A DNA stretch of 64,000 bases from NCBI GenBank assembly GCA_963717935.1, contig CAVQXP010000004.1:96001-160000 (forward strand), given 5' to 3'. The DNA comes from Candidatus Eiseniibacteriota bacterium. GTDB taxonomy: Bacteria; Eisenbacteria; RBG-16-71-46. Below the pieces are notes generated by a model, which was not told the origin of the DNA, did no database searches, and saw only the letters and a list, made by a program, of their open reading frames with translations. The translations under genes were made by a program, and so were the position numbers. Positions 41,175 to 50,464 of the stretch are shown here, one piece after another; position 1 is the stretch's first letter, and every line of letters begins with the position of its first letter.

Positions 41175-44100
41175 CTACTTCTCTTCCGCCGGCGCGCCCG
41201 CGCCCGCTTCGCCTTCGGCCTTGGGAATCGTGAGCCCCGCGAGGTGCTGATAGACCGCGTAGCGCTGGGTCGTCTCCATCTGTGCCTGCGCCATCAACTG
41301 CTGGAACCGCTTCGGATCGAGCTTCTCGACCATGCGGAAGCGGGTCTCGTTCTTCGTGAAGTCGCTGACCCGCGCCCCCGTCGGCTGCACGTCAAGGATC
41401 AGCGGAGGCTGTCCCTCGGCGATCCGCCGTGGATCGAACCGGTAGAGCGGCCAGATGCCCGCCTCGACGGCGAGCTTCTGATGCTGGCAGCCGTCGACCA
41501 GGTCGTAGCCGTGGGCGATGCAGTGGCAGTAGGCGATGATCAGCGAGGTCCCGGGGTACGAGTCGGCTTCCATGAACGCCCGCACCGTCTGCTGGTCCCG
41601 CGCGCCGATCGCCACCCGCGCCACGTAGACGTGGCCGTAGCTCATGGCCATCATCCCGAGGTCCTTCTTGCCGAGGCCCTTGCCCGCGGTGGCGAACTTC
41701 GCCGCCGCGCCCATCGGCGTCGCCTTCGACGCCTGCCCGCCCGTGTTCGAGTAGACCTCGGTGTCGAGCACCAGGAGGTTGACGTTCCGGTTCATCGCCA
41801 GGACGTGGTCGAGGCCGCCGTAGCCGATGTCGTAGGCCCAGCCGTCTCCGCCAACCCCCCAGACGCTCTTCTTCACGAGGTAGTCGGCGATCGCCTCGAG
41901 TCGCCGAGCCTCGGGGTCGGGAAGGGACGCGAGCTTCGTCCGCAGGACCGCGACCCGCTCCCGCTGCTGGCGGATCCCCAGCTCGCCGTCCTGATTCGCC
42001 TCGATCAACGAGGTGACCAGTTCGTCGCCGAGCCTGCCGGCGAGGTTCCGCAGGAGGTCGTGCGCCAGCCGTTGCTGGGCGTCCACCGCCAGGCGGAAGC
42101 CGAGGCTGAACTCGGCGTTGTCCTCGAAGAGCGAGTTGGACCAGGCCGGTCCGCGCCCCTCGTGGTCCACCGCGTACGGCGCCGTCGGCAGGTTGCCACC
42201 GTAGATCGACGAGCAGCCGGTCGCGTTGCCGATGAGCGCCCGGTCGCCGAAGAGCTGCGTCAGGAGCTTCACGTACGGCGTCTCGCCGCAGGCCGCGCAG
42301 GCGCCCGAGTACTCGAAGAGCGGCCGGAGGAACTGCGACCGCTTGCTGTCGGCCTTGATCTTCGTCCGGTCCGGATCGGGCAGCCCGAGGAAGAACGTGT
42401 AGTTCGCCGCCTCCGCTTCCCGCAGCGGCATCTGCGGCGCCATCTCCAGCGCCTTGTGCTTCGGGTTGCTCTTGTCCTTGGCGGGACAGACCTCGACGCA
42501 TATGCCGCAGCCCGTGCAGTCCTCCGGGGCGACCTGGAGCACGTACTTCATCCCCTTGAAGTCGCCGGCCTTGTAGTCGATCGACTTGAACGTCGGCGGC
42601 GCGCCGTCGAGCAGGCCCGGGTCGCAGACCTTCGCGCGGATGGCCGCGTGGGGACAGATGAGCACGCACTTGTTGTCCTGGATGCAGACCTTCTCGTCCC
42701 AGACGGGGATCTCGATGGCGATGTTCCGCTTCTCCCACTGGCTCGTCGCCGTGGGCCAGGTGCCGTCGGGGGAGAAGGCGCTGACGGGCAGCGAGTCGCC
42801 CTGCTGCTCGATGATGACCGCCGACACCTTCTTGACGAAGTCGGGGGCCGACTCGGAAACGATCGCCGGGCGGCCGCGGGTGGCGGTGACCGCCGCCGGC
42901 ACGCGGACCTCGTGCATGTTGGCGAGCGTCTCGTCCACGGCGGCGTGGTTCTTCTGGACGACCTCCATCCCCTTCCTCGCGTAGGTCTTCTCGATCGTCT
43001 TCTTGATCTTCGCGATGGCTTCCTCGGGGGGCAGGACACCGGAGACCGCGAAGAAGCAGGTCTGCATGATGGTGTTGATGCGTCCGCCCATCCCGGTCCT
43101 CTTGGCCACCTCGATCGCGTCGATCACGTAGAACTTCAGCTTCTTCTCGATCAGGTCCCGCTGGACCTCGCGCGGCAGGTGGTTCCAGACCTCGTCCTTA
43201 CCGAAGGGCGCGTTGAGGAGGAAGATCCCGCCCGGCACCGCGTAGCCGGTCATGTCGTACCGCTCGAGGAACGAGAACTGGTGGCAGGCGACGAAGTTCG
43301 CCCGCTTGATCAGGTACGTCGAGCGGATCTTCCGGGGCCCGAAGCGCAGGTGCGAGATCGTGACCGCGCCAGCCTTCTTCGAGTCGTAGACGAAGTAGCC
43401 CTGCCCGTCGTTCTCCGTCTCCTCGGCGATGATCTTGATCGAGTTCTTGTTCGCCCCCACGGTGCCGTCGCTGCCGAGCCCGAAGAACACGCCGCGGACC
43501 ACGTCGGCCGGCTCCGTGTCGAACTCCGGGTCCACCGGCAGCGAGAGGTGCGTGACGTCGTCGACGATGCCGACGGTGAAGTGCACCCGGGGCGCCGGCT
43601 TCGCCAGATCGTCGAAGACCGCCTTGACGCAGGCCGGCGTGAATTCCTTGGAGGACAGCCCGTAGCGGCCGCCGACGACCCGCGGATCCGCCGCGAAGGG
43701 CGAGAAGCCGGCGTCCTTCGCCTCGCGCAGGGCCGCCAGCACGTCGAGGTAGAGCGGCTCCCCGACGGCGCCCGGCTCCTTCGTCCGGTCGAGCACGGCG
43801 ATCGACTTGACGCTCTTCGGCAACGCGGCGATGAACTGCCGGGTCGCGAAGGGCCGATAGAGCCGGACCTTCAGCATCCCCACCTTCTCGCCCTTCGCGA
43901 CCATCCAGTCGACCGTCTCGTGCGCCGTCTCGGCGCCCGAGCCCATCAGGATGATCACGCGCTCCGGCGCGGGATGCCCGACGTAATCGAACAGGTGGTA
44001 CGCCCTTCCGATCCGCCCGGCGAACTCGTCCATGGTCTGCTGGACGATCTCGGGGCACCGGTCGTAGAAGAGGTTGCACGCCTCGCGCGCCTGGAAGAAG

Positions 44101-44774
44101 ACGTCCGGGTTCTGCGCGGTACCGCGCAGGACGGGACGGTCCGGCGTCAGGGCACGCTCCCGGTGCTCCCTGACGAGCGCGTCGGGGATCATGAAGCGCA
44201 GGTCGTCGTCGGTCAGCAGCTCGATCTTGGCGACCTCGTGCGAGGTCCGGAAGCCGTCGAAGAAGTGCAGCAGCGGGACGCGCGAGCGCAGCGTCGCCGC
44301 CTGGCCGATCAGGGCCATGTCGTGCGCCTCCTGGACCGAGCCCGAAGCGAGGAGCGCGAAACCCGTCTGCCGGCAGGCCATCACGTCCGAGTGGTCGCCG
44401 AAGATCGAGAGCGCGTGCGTGGCCACGGTGCGGGCGGCGACGTGCATGCAGTAGCTCGACAGCTCCCCACCGATCTTGTACATGTCCGGGATCATCAGCA
44501 GCAGCCCCTGCGCCGCCGTGAACGTCGTGGTCAGCGCCCCGGCCTGCAGCGCCCCGTGGACCGCCCCCGATGCGCCCCCTTCCGACTGCATCTCGATGAC
44601 GTCCGGGATGGTGCCCCAGATGTTGCGGCGCCCGAGGGCGGACCACTCGTCGGCCCATTCCCCCATGTTCGAGGACGGGGTGATGGGGTAGATGGCGATG
44701 ACCTCGTTCGTACGGTGGGCGACCGACGCGGCCGCCTCGTTGCCGTCTATCGCGACCAACGATCTTCCTGCCAT
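41175..44774 (-). CDS. nifJ: Pyruvate:ferredoxin/flavodoxin oxidoreductase
   Basis: DGNEA, IYPITPSS, QSEGGA, GLGSDGTVG, ATGCSSIYGG, GGDGWAYDIG; 1199 aa; AGGAGG RBS. Confidence 0.98.
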   Translation of the reverse strand: MAGRSLVAIDGNEAAASVAHRTNEVIAIYPITPSSNMGEWADEWSALGRRNIWGTIPDVIEMQSEGGASGAVHGALQAGALTTTFTAAQGLLLMIPDMYKIGGELSSYCMHVAARTVATHALSIFGDHSDVMACRQTGFALLASGSVQEAHDMALIGQAATLRSRVPLLHFFDGFRTSHEVAKIELLTDDDLRFMIPDALVREHRERALTPDRPVLRGTAQNPDVFFQAREACNLFYDRCPEIVQQTMDEFAGRIGRAYHLFDYVGHPAPERVIILMGSGAETAHETVDWMVAKGEKVGMLKVRLYRPFATRQFIAALPKSVKSIAVLDRTKEPGAVGEPLYLDVLAALREAKDAGFSPFAADPRVVGGRYGLSSKEFTPACVKAVFDDLAKPAPRVHFTVGIVDDVTHLSLPVDPEFDTEPADVVRGVFFGLGSDGTVGANKNSIKIIAEETENDGQGYFVYDSKKAGAVTISHLRFGPRKIRSTYLIKRANFVACHQFSFLERYDMTGYAVPGGIFLLNAPFGKDEVWNHLPREVQRDLIEKKLKFYVIDAIEVAKRTGMGGRINTIMQTCFFAVSGVLPPEEAIAKIKKTIEKTYARKGMEVVQKNHAAVDETLANMHEVRVPAAVTATRGRPAIVSESAPDFVKKVSAVIIEQQGDSLPVSAFSPDGTWPTATSQWEKRNIAIEIPVWDEKVCIQDNKCVLICPHAAIRAKVCDPGLLDGAPPTFKSIDYKAGDFKGMKYVLQVAPEDCTGCGICVEVCPAKDKSNPKHKALEMAPQMPLREAEAANYTFFLGLPDPDRTKIKADSKRSQFLRPLFEYSGACAACGETPYVKLLTQLFGDRALIGNATGCSSIYGGNLPTAPYAVDHEGRGPAWSNSLFEDNAEFSLGFRLAVDAQQRLAHDLLRNLAGRLGDELVTSLIEANQDGELGIRQQRERVAVLRTKLASLPDPEARRLEAIADYLVKKSVWGVGGDGWAYDIGYGGLDHVLAMNRNVNLLVLDTEVYSNTGGQASKATPMGAAAKFATAGKGLGKKDLGMMAMSYGHVYVARVAIGARDQQTVRAFMEADSYPGTSLIIAYCHCIAHGYDLVDGCQHQKLAVEAGIWPLYRFDPRRIAEGQPPLILDVQPTGARVSDFTKNETRFRMVEKLDPKRFQQLMAQAQMETTQRYAVYQHLAGLTIPKAEGEAGAGAPAEEK

Positions 44775-45084
44775 GAACTCCTCCTGGTGAGCCGGGGAAC
44801 CGAAGGCGCCCTTCTCAAGGGCTTGCCGCCCGGGCGCACGGCGCCCGCTCCACCCCACCCCGGGCCCGGCGTGAGACGTAGCAAGCAGCGCAGGCACCTG
44901 CGCGCGCGCGGTGCGGATCGATCGCATCCGGCCCCCCTCTCGGGCCGACGACGCTCACGATGCCGCACCTCAATGTTTTCGAGTGGACTGCGTGACCCGA
45001 ACCTGCTGTCAGGACATGCTGCTACAGCAGCAGCGCGGTTCGTCGGCCGCACGCTGCCTGCCCTGATCCGAGTTACCGACGCGT

Positions 45085-45113
45085 ACTATACAACCCGGCC
45101 CCGGTTTCGTCAC
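45085..45113 (-). promoter_or_regulatory. Putative sigma70 promoter of nifJ
   Basis: GTGACG-N17-TATAGT on the minus strand, about 310 nt upstream of the ATG. Confidence 0.45.
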
Positions 45114-45230
45114 GAGACGCCTCTTCCCGAGCCGGTAGCGCCACGATCGCCGAGCCCGGGCGTCACGACTCGATCGGGCGGGAATCGTGGATTGACGGCC
45201 CCCAGCCCGCGGCGCCGCCGCGTGGCCTGC

Positions 45231-46679
45231 TCAGGCTCGCGCGGGTCCCCGCGCCCCGGCGGCGGCGGCGCCCTCCCCCGCCCGCAACAGCCCCGGCCGC
45301 GCGATGAGCAGGACGGCCCACGCCAGCAGCAGCACCGCGCCGACGAGCACCGCGCCCGCGGGACCGATCTTCTGGCCGAGCGATCCGGAGAGGATGCTCG
45401 AGATCGGCATCATGCCCATGAACGCCAGCACGAACAGCGCCATGACGCGGCCGCGCAGGTGGCCCGGCACCGCCATCTGGATCGACGTGTTGGTCAGCGA
45501 ACTCGAGGCGAGCAGCGCCGCGCCCGCGAACGTCGAGAGCGCCAGGGTGAGGGGCAGCCAGCGCGACAGCGCGAAACCGACGAGCAGCACCGCGAGCGCC
45601 GCGAGCGTGAACGGGATGACCCGATCGCGCCGCAGCGTGGCCGGCATGCCCGCCACGGCGAGCGCGCCCACCAGCGCGCCCAGGCCGTTCGCCGCCATCA
45701 CGAACGCCACCGCCCGCGACAGGCCGTTGCCCGAGAGGCCGAGCGACGTGCTCACGATCGCCGGGAGCAAGGTCAGGTAGGGGAACGCGCAGATGGTCAT
45801 GACGGCGGTGCTGAGGATGAGCAGGCCGACGACGCGATCCTCGCGCGCATAGCGCAGACCGGCGGTCAGCATGCGCCAGGAGCCTTCCCGCCAGCCCGGC
45901 GGGCGGGCGCGGTCGGCGGCCCCGGCCGCGGCGTGGGGCCCTCCGGGATCGGAGGCGGAGCGCAGCCGGATCGCCCGGAGCGCCGCGATGACGAAGAGGA
46001 AGCTCGCCGCGTTCACGTAGAAGACCTCGCCCATGCCCGCGCCCGCGAGCACGAGAGCCGCGGCCGCGAGCGGCCCGAGCAGGCGCGCGGACTGGAACTG
46101 CACCGAGCTGAGGGCGATGCCGTTCATGAGCAGCCGCCGCGGCACGAGGTCGGGCAGCATGGACTGGAACGCCGGCGCCATGCACGCCATGAAGATGCCG
46201 CCCACGAATCCGAGCAGCGAGATGCGGACCAGCGAGCCGACCGGATCGCTGGAACCCAGCAGGCCCGCGTTGTAGAGGACACCGAGTGCGGCCGCCTGCA
46301 GGAGGAGCACGACCTGGATCAGGATCAGCAGCTTGCGGCGGTCCACGCGGTCGGCGATCGCGCCGGCGGGCAGGGCGAGGAAGAGCACCGGGATGCCCGC
46401 GAGGAAGTTGACGAGACCGAGATCGAACGACGACTTGCGGAAGTTGAAGACGACGATCCCGAGCGCGTACATCTGCATCCACGTGCCGATGTTGCTCACC
46501 AGCGCGCCGAGCCAGAAGAGCGTGAAGTCGCGGTACTGGAACGACTCGAAGGTCCCGCGCTGCCGGCCCACGGTCTGCGGCGGGGCCTCGACGTCGGCCT
46601 CCAGCGTCAGGGTCTGCTCTTCGGCGGACCCGGCCCAGACCGGAGCGTCCACCCCGGCGGGCTTCCTCTCGTCCGTCAT
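45231..46679 (-). CDS. MFS transporter (MFS_3-type)
   Basis: FTLFWLGALVSNIGTWMQ, ADRVDRRKL, RGRVMAL; same family as 11097-12374. Confidence 0.9.
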   Translation of the reverse strand: MTDERKPAGVDAPVWAGSAEEQTLTLEADVEAPPQTVGRQRGTFESFQYRDFTLFWLGALVSNIGTWMQMYALGIVVFNFRKSSFDLGLVNFLAGIPVLFLALPAGAIADRVDRRKLLILIQVVLLLQAAALGVLYNAGLLGSSDPVGSLVRISLLGFVGGIFMACMAPAFQSMLPDLVPRRLLMNGIALSSVQFQSARLLGPLAAAALVLAGAGMGEVFYVNAASFLFVIAALRAIRLRSASDPGGPHAAAGAADRARPPGWREGSWRMLTAGLRYAREDRVVGLLILSTAVMTICAFPYLTLLPAIVSTSLGLSGNGLSRAVAFVMAANGLGALVGALAVAGMPATLRRDRVIPFTLAALAVLLVGFALSRWLPLTLALSTFAGAALLASSSLTNTSIQMAVPGHLRGRVMALFVLAFMGMMPISSILSGSLGQKIGPAGAVLVGAVLLLAWAVLLIARPGLLRAGEGAAAAGARGPARA

Positions 46680-46713
46680 GCGATCAGGCGCGGCCCGTGC
46701 ACCGCGGCTCCGC

Positions 46714-47439
46714 TCAGGTCGAGAACCCGAGCAGCCCGGGGTCCGGCATCATCCCGGGGCTCCAGGCATCGGGCAGGATCTCGACCTCGCAGGGTTGGTC
46801 CACCACGCTCATCGCCGCCTGCTTCACGTCCTGCGTGAGCTGGGGCGCGTACGGACAGAAGGGTGTCGTCAACAGCATCCGGACGAGCGTGCGCCCCGGC
46901 TCGATCACGATCTCGCGGATGAGTCCGAGGTCCACGACCGAGAGCTGGATCTCGGGGTCCATCACGGTCTCGAGCGCCGCGCGCACGGCGAACTCCTGCT
47001 GCGTGGGCGCGCGCGTCGTCCCCGGCGTGCCGGCCGTCGTCGCGGCCGGCGCCACCGAACGCCGCACGGACGGCTGCCCGGCGGGCGGGTTCGCGGCCTC
47101 GGCCGCCGCCTGCCTCTCGTCGCAGGTCTCGCACGCCACCTGGATCTGGTCCCCGATCACGCGCACGGCGTGGCGCGGCACCGCGCCCGTCGCCGGCAGC
47201 GCGAGCGCCGCGCCGGTGCGGATGTCGAAGCGCGCCCCGTGGCGTGCGCACTCGATGACGTGGCCGTCGAGCACGCCGTCCGACAACTCGCCGCCGTCGT
47301 GGGTGCAGAGGTCCGCGAGCGCGTAGTACTGCCCGCCGACGTGGAACACCGCGACCGGGTCGTCGTCCACGCGCACGACCTTCACCCCGCCCTCGGGGAT
47401 CTCCCCCACCTTCGCCACCGTCATGAACCGGTCACTCAC
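46714..47439 (-). CDS. Rieske ferredoxin fused to SufT/DUF59
   Basis: CTH..CARH Rieske ligands; CETC plus Ala/Pro/Thr linker; DPE..SVVDLG..TTPFCP DUF59 motif; GTGA overlap with sufU. Confidence 0.9.
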   Translation of the reverse strand: MSDRFMTVAKVGEIPEGGVKVVRVDDDPVAVFHVGGQYYALADLCTHDGGELSDGVLDGHVIECARHGARFDIRTGAALALPATGAVPRHAVRVIGDQIQVACETCDERQAAAEAANPPAGQPSVRRSVAPAATTAGTPGTTRAPTQQEFAVRAALETVMDPEIQLSVVDLGLIREIVIEPGRTLVRMLLTTPFCPYAPQLTQDVKQAAMSVVDQPCEVEILPDAWSPGMMPDPGLLGFST

Positions 47440-47843
47440 GCCGTCTCCTCCTCCTCGCCGGGCCACTGGGTGATGCCGTAGGCGCCCGCCTTCAGGGTCT
47501 TGAGGGCCAGCAGCGCGCACTTGAGGCGCACCGGCCCGAGCTCGATGCCCAGCAGTTCGAGCACGTCCTCGCGCGTGAGCGCCTTGACCTCCTCGAGCGG
47601 GCGGCCCTCCATGCGCTCGCACAGCATCGAGGCCGCGGCCTGGCTGATCGAGCAGCCGTGCCCGGAGTGGCGGATCTGCTCGATCTTCCCGTCCTTCAGG
47701 GCGATGTCGATGCGCAGCTGGTCGCCGCAGAGCGGGTTCGCGTCCTCGTAGGTGATGTCGGGATGCTCGAGCGTCCCGCGGTTCCGCGGGTGCTTGTAGT
47801 GGTCGAGGATGTTCTCGCGGTACAGTTCGTCCCATTCGCCCAT
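47436..47843 (-). CDS. sufU: SufU / NifU-N-like sulfur-transfer protein
   Basis: LYRENILDHYKHPRN, NPLCGD, GCSISQA, RLKCA. Confidence 0.95.
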   Translation of the reverse strand: MGEWDELYRENILDHYKHPRNRGTLEHPDITYEDANPLCGDQLRIDIALKDGKIEQIRHSGHGCSISQAAASMLCERMEGRPLEEVKALTREDVLELLGIELGPVRLKCALLALKTLKAGAYGITQWPGEEEETA

Positions 47844-49117
47844 CAGCCGAACACCCTGCGCGCGTGGTGGAGCCCCTCGACCAGGGCGTCCACGTCCTGT
47901 GGCACGCTGTAGCAGTGGAACGAGGCGCGCGCCGAGGCGTGCACGCCCAGACGTTCGTGCAGCGGCATGGCGCAGTGGTGGCCGGCGCGCACCGCGACGC
48001 CGCGGTGGTCGAGCACCGTGGCCACGTCGTGCGGATGGATCTCGCCGAGCTCGAACGCCACGACCCCGCCGCGCTTCTCCGCCGGAGGCCCGAGGATGCG
48101 GAGGTCGGGCACCTCGCGCATGCGCTCGAGCGCGTAGGCCGCCAGCTCACGGTCGTGCTCGAAGATCTGCTCCATCCCCAGCTCCTCGCAGAACGCCACC
48201 GCCGCGCGCAGGCCGACCGCCTCGGCGATGGGCATCGTGCCGGCCTCGAACTTCCAGGGCAGCTCGTTCCACTTCGAGCCCTCGAGCTTCACCTCGCGGA
48301 TCATCTCGCCGCCACCCAGGAAGGGCGGCATGGCCTCGAGCAGTTCGCGCCGCGCCCAGAGCGCCCCGATGCCCGTGGGCCCGAGCATCTTGTGCCCGGT
48401 GAGCGCCAGGAAGTCGCAGCCCAGCGCCTTCACGTCCACCGGCATGTGCGGCACGCTCTGCGAGGCGTCCACCAGCGTGAGCGCGCCCGCGGCGCGGGCC
48501 TGTCGGGCGATCTCCTCGACCGGGTTCACCGTGCCGAGCACGTTCGAGATGTGCACCACGCCGACCAGCCGCACACGGCCGTCGGCCAGCAGGCCGGGCA
48601 GCGCCTCGAGCTCCAGCTCGCCCGAGTCCGTGACCGGGATGAAGCGCAGTTCGATCCCGCGCTCCGCGGCCAGGACGTGCCACGGCACCAGGTTCGAGTG
48701 GTGCTCCATCACCGTGAGCAAGACCGCGTCGCCCCGCTTCAGCGCCGAGCGCCCCCAGGCGTAGGCCACCAGGTTGATGGCCTCGGTGCTGTTGCGCGTG
48801 AAGATCACCTCGCGAGCCGGCGCGCCGATGAAGCGCGCGAGCCGCGCGCGGGCGTCCTCGTAGGCGGCGGTCGCCTCCTCGGCGATCGCGTAGATGCCAC
48901 GGTGGATGTTGGCGTTGTAGCGGCGGTAGTAGTCGTCCATCGCCGCGAGCACGCTCTCGGGCTTCTGGGAGGTGGCGGCGCTGTCCAGGTAGACGAGCGG
49001 CGGTTCGCGCCGGGCGGTGAGCAGCGGGAAGCGCCCGCGCACCTCGCGCGGATCGAAGCGTCTGCGGCTCGTGGCCGGAGCGGTCGTGGTCCCGGCCGGC
49101 GGTGTCGACACGGTCAC
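47843..49117 (-). CDS. sufS: Cysteine desulfurase
   Basis: YLDSAATSQKP, EHHSN, TGHKMLGPTGIG, RAGHHCA. Confidence 0.97.
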   Translation of the reverse strand: MTVSTPPAGTTTAPATSRRRFDPREVRGRFPLLTARREPPLVYLDSAATSQKPESVLAAMDDYYRRYNANIHRGIYAIAEEATAAYEDARARLARFIGAPAREVIFTRNSTEAINLVAYAWGRSALKRGDAVLLTVMEHHSNLVPWHVLAAERGIELRFIPVTDSGELELEALPGLLADGRVRLVGVVHISNVLGTVNPVEEIARQARAAGALTLVDASQSVPHMPVDVKALGCDFLALTGHKMLGPTGIGALWARRELLEAMPPFLGGGEMIREVKLEGSKWNELPWKFEAGTMPIAEAVGLRAAVAFCEELGMEQIFEHDRELAAYALERMREVPDLRILGPPAEKRGGVVAFELGEIHPHDVATVLDHRGVAVRAGHHCAMPLHERLGVHASARASFHCYSVPQDVDALVEGLHHARRVFG

Positions 49118-50464
49118 CTATCCGATCTTGGCCTGGATCACCCCGCGCAGTCGCTCGCGCACGCTCTCGAGCGGGATGCGGTCCAGGACCGGTGCGAAGA
49201 ACCCTTCGACGACGAGGCGCTGGGCGTCGTTGCGGGGCAGCCCGCGCGTCATGAGGTAGTACATCTGCTCGGCGTCCACCGTACCGACGGTCGCCCCGTG
49301 CGTGCAACGCACGTCGTTGGCCAGGATCTCCAGGCCCGGGATGCTGTCCGCGCGCGCCGTCCCCGACAGCAGCAGGTTGCGGTTGGCCTGGTAGGCGTCG
49401 GTGCGCTGCGCTCCGGCCGCCACCTGGATCATGCCCTGGTAGACGCTGCGGGACCGGTCCTTGAGCGCGCTCCGGATGTGCAGGTCGCTGGTGGTCTGCT
49501 CGGCCAGGTGCTTCTGCAGGGTGTGCAGGTCGAAGTGCTGGCGCTGGTCGCCGAACATGAAGCCGTGCACGTAGGCCTTCGCTCCCGCTCCCACGAGCTG
49601 GAAGTAGGAGTTGGTCTTGGTCATCCTGCCACCCAGGAAGGTCTGGATCCACTGCAGCTCGCCGCCGCGCTCGATGCGCGCGCGCTGGTTCGAGTAGTGG
49701 AAGACGTTCCGGCCCCAGTCCTGGAGATGGCCGTAGACCAGCTTCGCGTCCTCGCCGACGAACACCTCCGTGCCGCCGCTGAAGAACGCGGGGCCCTCCG
49801 CCGTCTCGGAGAGGCACTCCTCGAGCACCGTGGCGCTCGCGCCGCGGCCCAGCACGATGACCGTCGCCGGCGCACCGGCGACGCCCGCGCCGTCCAGCCA
49901 CTGGACGAGGCGGATCGGCAGCCCGGCCCGGACGCCGTCCGGCACCCAGACGAACGCGCCGCCCGCGCGCATCGCCTGGTGCAGCGCGGCGTAGCGGTCG
50001 AGGTCGGTCTCGATGAGCGCATGGAGCCGGCCCTGGAGCTTGTCGGCGTGCTCGCGCAGCGCGCGCTCCATCGAGCAGACGATCACGCCCTGCTTCGCCA
50101 GCGCCGGGTGCGTCCGTTCCAGCACCACCTCGCTGTTGCGCTGGACCAGCAGACCGAGGTTCGACGCCTCCCCCGCCAGACGCGCGATCACGGCGGGCGG
50201 CAGGTCGTCCACGTCGCGGGCCTTCAAGCCCGGCGCGAACGGGTCCAGCTCACCCAGCGTGAGCGCGCCGAAATCGGTGCGCCGCCACAGTTCGAGCCGC
50301 CGGTCCGGGAACGCCAGCCGCGCCGCGATCCCGGCCGCCGCCCGCCGCTGCTCCAGAGCCCAGTCCGGCTCGTTCGCGCGCACGGCGCGCTCCAGCGCCA
50401 GCGCGGGCCAGGCGTCGAACCCGCCCTCCACCGGCCTCGTCGGGGTCCGCGTGTCGGCCGTCAT
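49118..50464 (-). CDS. sufD: Fe-S assembly protein SufD
   Basis: ELWRRT, beta-helix, AQRTDAYQ.NRNLLLS, PGLEILANDVRCTHGAT. Confidence 0.95.
   Translation of the reverse strand: MTADTRTPTRPVEGGFDAWPALALERAVRANEPDWALEQRRAAAGIAARLAFPDRRLELWRRTDFGALTLGELDPFAPGLKARDVDDLPPAVIARLAGEASNLGLLVQRNSEVVLERTHPALAKQGVIVCSMERALREHADKLQGRLHALIETDLDRYAALHQAMRAGGAFVWVPDGVRAGLPIRLVQWLDGAGVAGAPATVIVLGRGASATVLEECLSETAEGPAFFSGGTEVFVGEDAKLVYGHLQDWGRNVFHYSNQRARIERGGELQWIQTFLGGRMTKTNSYFQLVGAGAKAYVHGFMFGDQRQHFDLHTLQKHLAEQTTSDLHIRSALKDRSRSVYQGMIQVAAGAQRTDAYQANRNLLLSGTARADSIPGLEILANDVRCTHGATVGTVDAEQMYYLMTRGLPRNDAQRLVVEGFFAPVLDRIPLESVRERLRGVIQAKIG

Noticed and set aside
41244..46838. 1864-aa plus-strand ORF and many other long Arg/Ala/Pro-rich ORFs
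   Set aside because: Antisense or off-frame shadows of real genes (here nifJ and the MFS gene), expected from stop-codon scarcity at high GC; no recognisable motifs.
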